From: Schizochytrium sp. TIO01
Taxonomy: Eukaryota; Protista; Bigyra: Labyrinthulomycetes
Assembly: GCA_004764695.1 (NCBI GenBank)
Contig: SMSO01000025.1
Span: forward strand, 4,132,862-4,196,861
DNA length: 64,000 nucleotides
Direction: 5' to 3'
The position numbers and the translations under genes were made by a program. Under the pieces are notes generated by a model. The model did no database searches, was not told the origin of the DNA, and saw nothing but the letters and a program-made list of their open reading frames with translations. This document shows, piece after piece, positions 58,301-64,000 of this stretch (position 1 is the stretch's first letter; the number at the start of each line of letters is the position of its first letter).

Positions 58301-61300
58301 AGCTCGCTCGTCATAGTCAATACGGTCAACTAAGACAGAATCAAGATAGAAGCTTGCCGTCATTCCATCAAAGGTGCCTACTAGATAATGCCATTGTTGA
58401 TCAACAGAGTAAACTGCGGACTGAATTTCTACCTCGACAGCATATCTTGGATCCCACAAAGTAAATGCAAATGCCTGGTTACGATTACAACGTAATGAGT
58501 AACGCCCGCAACTGACAAGAAAACGAACTTTTCCATTACCTGCTCCGACTTGGCCCCAGCACTCCACAGTAAATGGTTGGAAAATGCTCTGGGGGACAAG
58601 TGCATCATGAAATGGAACTTCAATATGGGCCTTGGCCAAATATGTGTGCATCCTTCCTGTCGCACGTACTCCGTCAACTTCTTCAGTGTCTGACTCGCTC
58701 TCATTAAAGTTACCCATCTCATCAGCATTCTCATCCTCATTGCTTGTTTCCTGCTGATTATCATTGTCCTCGGGGTTGTTATTTGCTTGAGAACCGAGTT
58801 GATTATTATTACCCAAGGATGATTTCTCTTGTGAAGCCTTAGAGCTCTCAATACTAATACGACGAGACCGTTCTTCCTCATTAGCATCAATTGATCCCTG
58901 TTGTTGCGATTGCTTGCGCTTGGCTAGGAGAACAGATTTCCTCTTGCGAGCACCAAGTTCTGCCTTTGTATCCTCTTTGTCACGTTTCTTTTGTGCTTTG
59001 CGAATTGCTGACGCCGCATCGACTTCTGCATCAAGTTTGAAGAGTGAAAAGGTCATTGCACGATCTGGCCACTGATTTCGAACAAATCCGCTTCTTCCTA
59101 AACGACACTCATGAATTACACCGGAAAGTTTAAGGCCAGTTGACCCACGATTGACAGCAAGCCTTGAGCCAGGTCTCTCAGCAAGCGACCAGTAGCCTGT
59201 TGGAGCATCACGAAGTATCAAGTCATCGTATGTAGCTTCTTGTACAAGTTTGGCTTCGTTTGCAAGCAAGAGGCCTCTGCAGAATTCTAGTAAGTATAAG
59301 TTGTGTTTGACTCGACACTGAACCGGCTCAAGGTCAGCTGGGGTGAAAAAATAGGCACATGCAGTACTACGAATTGCCCCCACGGCCTTTTTGAAACGTT
59401 TTGTGCTATCTGGTTGCATTTTAGTACCAAAGTAAGATAAGAAACGCTTAATCATGATTTCGAGACCTCCCGAAGCTTCGAGTTCAATTCTTAAGTTGAG
59501 CTTTTCAAGCTCACTCAAAGAAGCGTCACCAAACCTCTCTACAATTGCTGTAATAATATCTTCAGACCAGAATTTGTCAGAGCCTTCTGAAGCCCCAGAT
59601 ACCAAGTTGAGAATATAGATAAGTGTTCGTGTACTCGAAATGTCAGAAGGGCCTTCAAGTCGCTTACAGAGCTGGCGAAGAATACTTCGTGTTATTTGCT
59701 TAAGAGCACGAGCAACCATTTCAGCGAGTAGGAGAGTACGAACTTGGCTTGAGTTTCTCTCAGATGCAACTTCACCTGTAAACAGTGGTTCCTCGTTCGA
59801 AGAGTACAGTGGACGCGTTGCTACCTGAGAGGCTTCTTTATCAAATACATTTCGCTTTACATGGTGCTCTGCATCTGTCGAAAAGTCGTCATCTTCGGAC
59901 ATTTCAATGCAAATAGTTTTAGATTCTGCATCATACGGGTCATTTGGATCAACCGATATCCGAAAGCGTTGATTCCGCAGCCTGATCTGCTGTCCGGGTT
60001 TAACTTCTTTCGTAATGTCATGACTCGCGAAAAGAACGCGCTCGGAGAAGGTGACCCGCACTGTACCACGGACCCGCCGCCAGAAGAGAGACCGTAACAG
60101 GCCGAGGTGGCGCATATTCAATCCACGAGCGTGCATTTCTTCAGTGAGGTCTATCTGCAGGACTTCATCTGCTGGGCGCGATGCAAGTTCTTCTGCATAC
60201 GAAGGTAAGCGTTCGCGAATGAGCTTTTTCGTTGCTTCCTTTGCAGATTCGCAGTGCTTTTGCCAATCCGGAGTATCAAGAGTGTACATGGAAAAAGCAT
60301 CAGAGGATTGAGGAAGAGCAGCTTGTTTAACCCACTCAGGACGAAGCTGTCGCCAAAATATTGAATGGTTTCTAGCTGACAGAGGAAGGTGGAGCGTCTC
60401 TTCAGGGTCCTCACCAGGGAACATGCGCCGAAAATTTGTAAGATAAAACTTGGGCGACTTGTAATCTCGAAAGCCTAGCAAGTCTGCAGGTGTATACAAG
60501 TATTTTGGAAGAAGATCACGCTCACCTTTCACACCATGTTGTGCAAGTCCAAGCTTAGAGCTTACTTCACGAAGAAGTCGATCTAAACCTTTGTCAGCAT
60601 TTTTAATTGTGCGGCCTCGATCCTGGCTACCCAGAACATGGTCAACCTCTGTTCCTTTTAAGTTTCCTTTTGCATCAAAGGTGTCATGCTCTATTGGGAG
60701 ATGAGCAACAGCGTGCAAGCGACTGCCATTAAAATCAATCATTGCTTCGAAAGGGACAATAATTCGCCCTTTGTGAACCTTTTGAAACGCTATGGAATTA
60801 CGGATAGAGTGGCCGTGGTATTTACTCGCATACTCATCAGACCCATTGCAGACCCCATCTTCATCAGATGCAAACTTAAAATGAATATTATTCACTTTGT
60901 AGTATGTACGCACATCTCCACGTCCCACATCAGCATCGCGCACTCTTAAAGGCATGATTGTTTTACGCTCAATAGGTAAGAATCGTTCAAGAATGATTGT
61001 TCTACCAAAGGTCGTGGTTTGCTGCAGAAAGTCTTCATACAAATGGTATAGCTCAGTGTATTTGGCTAGAACCTCTTTTTGACTATTTTCTGAACGTTCC
61101 ATAATTGTGCAGTATCTCCCTGTCCAGTTGCAACGATGTTCCGCAGTTGTTGCATGGATCTCAACATTTCCAAGATCAGCGTACCATGCACCGGCCACAA
61201 ATGGTCCAAAGGAGTTCTTACCCATCGTACGGATTCCAGAAGAATGTTGAAGTTCTTGCCATCCCTGTCGCTCACGTCGTGATCCCCATGATAGATTATT

Positions 61301-64000
61301 GCTACTTACTGAAGGCGCTCCATTTCTACCCAAGCCAACCGCAATACCTGCCCTGGATGATCTGTCCTTCCCGCTTGTTGGATTATTTACATCCATGAAA
61401 GATACTGCCTTCTGAAGTTTCAGGCTCTGCTGTCTTGGAAGCTTTCGGGGTCCTTCATCTGGACCAAGGATGATCTGTGACGTAGACGCTGATGCGGATT
61501 TTGTAGACTCCAGGTTCAAAGCTATTTGGCTACTTCCTGGAGTCTGATGGTGGTTTTTCTGCAGGAATCCACGCCGCTGTCTCATGGCGCGTCGATACTC
61601 GCGTTCTGCATTTTCCAGATCCGCAGCTGCCTTTGTAAGTGTTTTCCGAAGCTCATTGATTCGTTTTCGACGTGCATCAACATCAGCTAATGCCTTCTCC
61701 TCGAGAGTAAGCTCTCGGTCAGGGTCCTCGTTAGCCCAGCGTGGCTCACGAACCATGCGGTTGCGTTTTGAGGTAGGCCCTGCTGCTTCGCTACTTATTG
61801 CAGACTCCGCTAGGCTTTGATCATCACCTGCCTCCGGGACGTCCTCGGTATCATCTTCCTCGTCTTCGTCTTCCTCGTCTTCTAGCTCTTCCTCGCTATC
61901 ACCTTCCTCGGCCGCTTGAGCTAATTCTGCTTTTCGCTTTTCATTTTGTAACTTTGTCATTGCATCCTTTGCAGCGACCTTTTCCCGACGTGCAATTTCT
62001 GCACGTGCCTCATCCATGTCCTGAATGGAAAGCTGAACCACTTCGTGGTGAATTGTATCCATCACAATTTTTGCATGCAAGTTAAGGCAAGAGTGCTCAA
62101 AGTCTTGTCGGGCAAGAGCTCGGAGCCCGCGGGCTATGCACGTCACCTCCCGTTTCAAGAGACCAAAATGTAGAACAAGTTCCTTTTCGAGGTCTGCAAT
62201 TGGTCGCTCTGCATAGCGTTCCAAAAACCTCAACATCAGACTTTTGGAAGGCAGTTCCTGCAGAAGTTCATCCGCTTTTTTTGCTGTCACTGTTGTAGCA
62301 ATACCTCTTAGACGCGATTCGAGAAGGTCAGGCTCCAGATATGTCCTTGACATAGTTTGCAAAATATCGCGCTCTTTCTCATTCAAGCCTATGAGATACA
62401 AATCCTCTAAATGCGCCCCAAAACCAAGCAATTTTTTACGAGCTTTGAGATTCATAGCGGGTGCAGGAAGCCGTACAGGGGGGAGCTCAGAAGGAATAAG
62501 CTGCATTTTAGATTTGAGTTTTTCTTCTTCTTCTGCCTCTGCCTTTTTGTCTGGATCCTCCAAGGCATCAACCTCCTCCATTTCATCCTCATGGTCCATA
62601 CCTTCGTTATTAAAACCCTCTCGAGATTTACGTTCAACATCATCACCTTGTTCACTTTTATTTTCATCTCCCTCGTCATTATGATTCGAAAACATCTTCT
62701 CTTCTGCCGTCGGACTTTCTTCGTCATCCATTCCTTTATCGTCCAATTTCTCCATATAATTTAGATTGTCGATATTAGGAAGGTCTCTTTCGGATATTTC
62801 TTCTGGATCCACTGTCTCTGGCTCATCTAGTACGTAAGTTTGAGGATCGTCAGGGTCCCAACCTTTTTTGCGTAGGTTACGACGTTCAATAAAATTTTTG
62901 CGAGCTTCGCGCCTAATTTTATTATCACGTCGACGCCCCTCTTTCACTAGCTGCCACTCCGATTTCTCTCGAACATTAATAACTCGTTGATCGATAACAG
63001 ACTTTAGCTTCTCTTCTGCTGCAAGTCGTTGGCGCTCTCTCTCAGCAGCTTCCTGCTCAAGCTCTTCATCGCTTTTAATTCCTCGCTCTACTTTCATTTG
63101 GTTAAAGTGTTCATCGACGCTAGCTTGAGCTACTTTCACATCCTCTTCTGTGAGTAGAGAGACAACTTCCCCACGGTCAAAAGTTTGCCCAAGAGCACGA
63201 AGCTTAGCTTGACGCATACGTACTGTTGCGTCCCACTTCATGCGTCCTACAGTCCCTGAAGCTTGTTGTTCACGTTTTGCGTACTCCTTTTCCACTTTAG
63301 CTCGACTTTCCTCAAGCGCAACCCGCCAAGCTGCAAAAAAAGCGCGACGTTTGATCTCTAGCTCAGCACGTCGCCGACCAAGTTTGCTCCTCCATGCAGC
63401 TTGCACCATCATTGCAGCGTTGTAATTAATGCGATTTTGGTAAAACAAAATGTTTCCAAGACCTCCATGCTCAAGTGGCACAACGTTACTTTGCAGCTTG
63501 TGCTTACGGCGTTGCATAAATTTTGCGTAGTCCGGTTTGAGCGGGTCATGCTTACCCATGGCTAGTGCTCGCTCATGAATAGTCTGCTTTCGTTCAGGTG
63601 CCAGAGCCGGTCGATGAGTGATCCACAAGCGAGCGATGCGTTTATTCAAGTCACGAAGAGTAAGCATGCCGAGCTCGTACTTTTTGATGTGCGACATTCG
63701 CGTTCGTTGCCACAAGCTCAGGTTTGCGTATGCCCAAGGAACATCAAAAACTTTGGACAAGTCTTCGGAAACACTTACAATCTGAGTCATGCAAGAAGTA
63801 AACTCAAAGGCGGTCATCATATTAGGATCACTGGTTGGGGCTCGAACAACGTCAAATTGACGACGCACAAGCGTCTCTAGAAATGAGCGTGGACATCTTC
63901 GTAATATTCTTCGCTGTCGGACCGGTCGTTTTCGTTTTCGCTTTTGTTTAGTCAGGCTCACAACATTCTCAGGCTCTATTGTTTTCTGGATTCCCACATT
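55310..64000 (-). CDS. Giant multidomain protein (5'-partial, >2895 aa): IQ motif, coiled coils, Clu (clustered-mitochondria)-like domain, split LamG/ConA-like domain, C-terminal cysteine-containing LRRs
   Basis: IQ: [16 protein letters not shown]. Clu: [50 protein letters not shown]. LamG: [25 protein letters not shown]...F.G.L..V..Y.RAL. Repeated L.LS.C..ITD LRRs. The frame is open to the window edge. Confidence 0.92.
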   Translation of the reverse strand, partial: NVGIQKTIEPENVVSLTKQKRKRKRPVRQRRILRRCPRSFLETLVRRQFDVVRAPTSDPNMMTAFEFTSCMTQIVSVSEDLSKVFDVPWAYANLSLWQRTRMSHIKKYELGMLTLRDLNKRIARLWITHRPALAPERKQTIHERALAMGKHDPLKPDYAKFMQRRKHKLQSNVVPLEHGGLGNILFYQNRINYNAAMMVQAAWRSKLGRRRAELEIKRRAFFAAWRVALEESRAKVEKEYAKREQQASGTVGRMKWDATVRMRQAKLRALGQTFDRGEVVSLLTEEDVKVAQASVDEHFNQMKVERGIKSDEELEQEAAERERQRLAAEEKLKSVIDQRVINVREKSEWQLVKEGRRRDNKIRREARKNFIERRNLRKKGWDPDDPQTYVLDEPETVDPEEISERDLPNIDNLNYMEKLDDKGMDDEESPTAEEKMFSNHNDEGDENKSEQGDDVERKSREGFNNEGMDHEDEMEEVDALEDPDKKAEAEEEEKLKSKMQLIPSELPPVRLPAPAMNLKARKKLLGFGAHLEDLYLIGLNEKERDILQTMSRTYLEPDLLESRLRGIATTVTAKKADELLQELPSKSLMLRFLERYAERPIADLEKELVLHFGLLKREVTCIARGLRALARQDFEHSCLNLHAKIVMDTIHHEVVQLSIQDMDEARAEIARREKVAAKDAMTKLQNEKRKAELAQAAEEGDSEEELEDEEDEDEEDDTEDVPEAGDDQSLAESAISSEAAGPTSKRNRMVREPRWANEDPDRELTLEEKALADVDARRKRINELRKTLTKAAADLENAEREYRRAMRQRRGFLQKNHHQTPGSSQIALNLESTKSASASTSQIILGPDEGPRKLPRQQSLKLQKAVSFMDVNNPTSGKDRSSRAGIAVGLGRNGAPSVSSNNLSWGSRRERQGWQELQHSSGIRTMGKNSFGPFVAGAWYADLGNVEIHATTAEHRCNWTGRYCTIMERSENSQKEVLAKYTELYHLYEDFLQQTTTFGRTIILERFLPIERKTIMPLRVRDADVGRGDVRTYYKVNNIHFKFASDEDGVCNGSDEYASKYHGHSIRNSIAFQKVHKGRIIVPFEAMIDFNGSRLHAVAHLPIEHDTFDAKGNLKGTEVDHVLGSQDRGRTIKNADKGLDRLLREVSSKLGLAQHGVKGERDLLPKYLYTPADLLGFRDYKSPKFYLTNFRRMFPGEDPEETLHLPLSARNHSIFWRQLRPEWVKQAALPQSSDAFSMYTLDTPDWQKHCESAKEATKKLIRERLPSYAEELASRPADEVLQIDLTEEMHARGLNMRHLGLLRSLFWRRVRGTVRVTFSERVLFASHDITKEVKPGQQIRLRNQRFRISVDPNDPYDAESKTICIEMSEDDDFSTDAEHHVKRNVFDKEASQVATRPLYSSNEEPLFTGEVASERNSSQVRTLLLAEMVARALKQITRSILRQLCKRLEGPSDISSTRTLIYILNLVSGASEGSDKFWSEDIITAIVERFGDASLSELEKLNLRIELEASGGLEIMIKRFLSYFGTKMQPDSTKRFKKAVGAIRSTACAYFFTPADLEPVQCRVKHNLYLLEFCRGLLLANEAKLVQEATYDDLILRDAPTGYWSLAERPGSRLAVNRGSTGLKLSGVIHECRLGRSGFVRNQWPDRAMTFSLFKLDAEVDAASAIRKAQKKRDKEDTKAELGARKRKSVLLAKRKQSQQQGSIDANEEERSRRISIESSKASQEKSSLGNNNQLGSQANNNPEDNDNQQETSNEDENADEMGNFNESESDTEEVDGVRATGRMHTYLAKAHIEVPFHDALVPQSIFQPFTVECWGQVGAGNGKVRFLVSCGRYSLRCNRNQAFAFTLWDPRYAVEVEIQSAVYSVDQQWHYLVGTFDGMTASFYLDSVLVDRIDYDERAREVSRAKAQRRADEERARREQELQERESAADSARAEAKVYFKTKAGQMQLSAAAKKLISRSEARIRLNRERAKILGIKPITANEAKTRATNNWVRARTGEHLEKITAKHRRYIERRTEHLRREILQAKERLGYPLRIGAGFASTGEPKNCFLGQLQHVATYARALSRDAVARRYLLAQKDVRIDAERLYRDATSYFKQSLVYCYDLSLVLEHYSASMTRQVSIDLGGRAGDKDSFMALVRENLQSFEHKANAKGIASLMLSLPDMPIYGPLVIECWNALRRIKADFFAPRITVARQKLLGELEKVPERFSLTSERARRDMPFLMHGAAEMYTYVLRHLEDFYGPHVGYVAWIATLQTPELVCYLVKKVKEALERKRRQDHFRDFLADHAKREEKLQDVSDSSSEEEEDEHEDIIKEADNDAGEDVENPQLHEEKAKKRVTLSKTQESTAIVEARRVARRKSRVQQREALHLRKRQARKDATDAMEAAVEAERDCQKCLYSLDLSLACGLSGTELEKIADNVRVMESIKLSYCSRIESSNFCALARKCQFLMSITLNECSKHVDDVVMMSIASNCINLRTLEVSACHEVSDAGLAAVARHCFNLRKIDLSRCELITDTGLIEAAPSMRKLEFLDISWCVMVSDSGIFQLTSKTERLLQLRVSGCRRLTDDGIVSFTRNTPWLQELDISYCNALTDEGGRAITHNLLHLQRLDLTDLVELTDAIFFFDAENDGRAMVEQMMLSRMRELHVNDCKRISDRGIAEISRRATRLVRLFIHGGEKLTDESLRLLTECPVTQTLRGGSLVALDFSFCHELTGRGLELLGERCPNLQDLRLSGCHKIEDKHILKLSLSCGGLQTLSLAHCKHITDAAIQALCENLWIEQLDVSYCNKLTDETLLLLARNFSGLTHLGIAWCRKFSDKGLRALADSTKWLLELRIEGCDAFTQTTLDYLMLAAPSCKIIQRFDPTEHDVPLQDFPKLEPLPLQALDESQPALSSS

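Overview
Eukaryotic nuclear DNA with intron-poor genes, one clear GT-AG intron, Pol III tRNA genes and microsatellite-rich intergenic DNA. The style is compatible with a stramenopile or thraustochytrid-like protist, but that is inference only. The left half (~1-32.5 kb) is an accessory region built around 26 tRNA-Ala genes (22 AGC, 4 CGC) in short arrays with a roughly constant ~163-180 bp period. Interleaved with them are an F-box-like + DUF4246 protein that has lost its metal ligands, a compact 5.4-kb island and a truncated copia-type LTR retrotransposon with a half-tRNA-iMet primer site. The island holds a REase+kinase gene with a mitochondrial-like presequence, a frameshifted sulfotransferase, a histone H3 pseudogene and micro-ORFs. 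The right half carries ordinary genes: an alpha/beta hydrolase, a U-box/RING-like protein, atlastin, an EF-hand EML-like WD40 protein, eIF3k, a basic HMG-box-like protein and a 5'-truncated giant IQ-Clu-LamG-LRR protein. It also has a 23-copy, 19-bp doubly palindromic minisatellite at ~42 kb. No rRNA or CRISPR array was seen. All domain calls come from reading motifs by eye; no searches were run.
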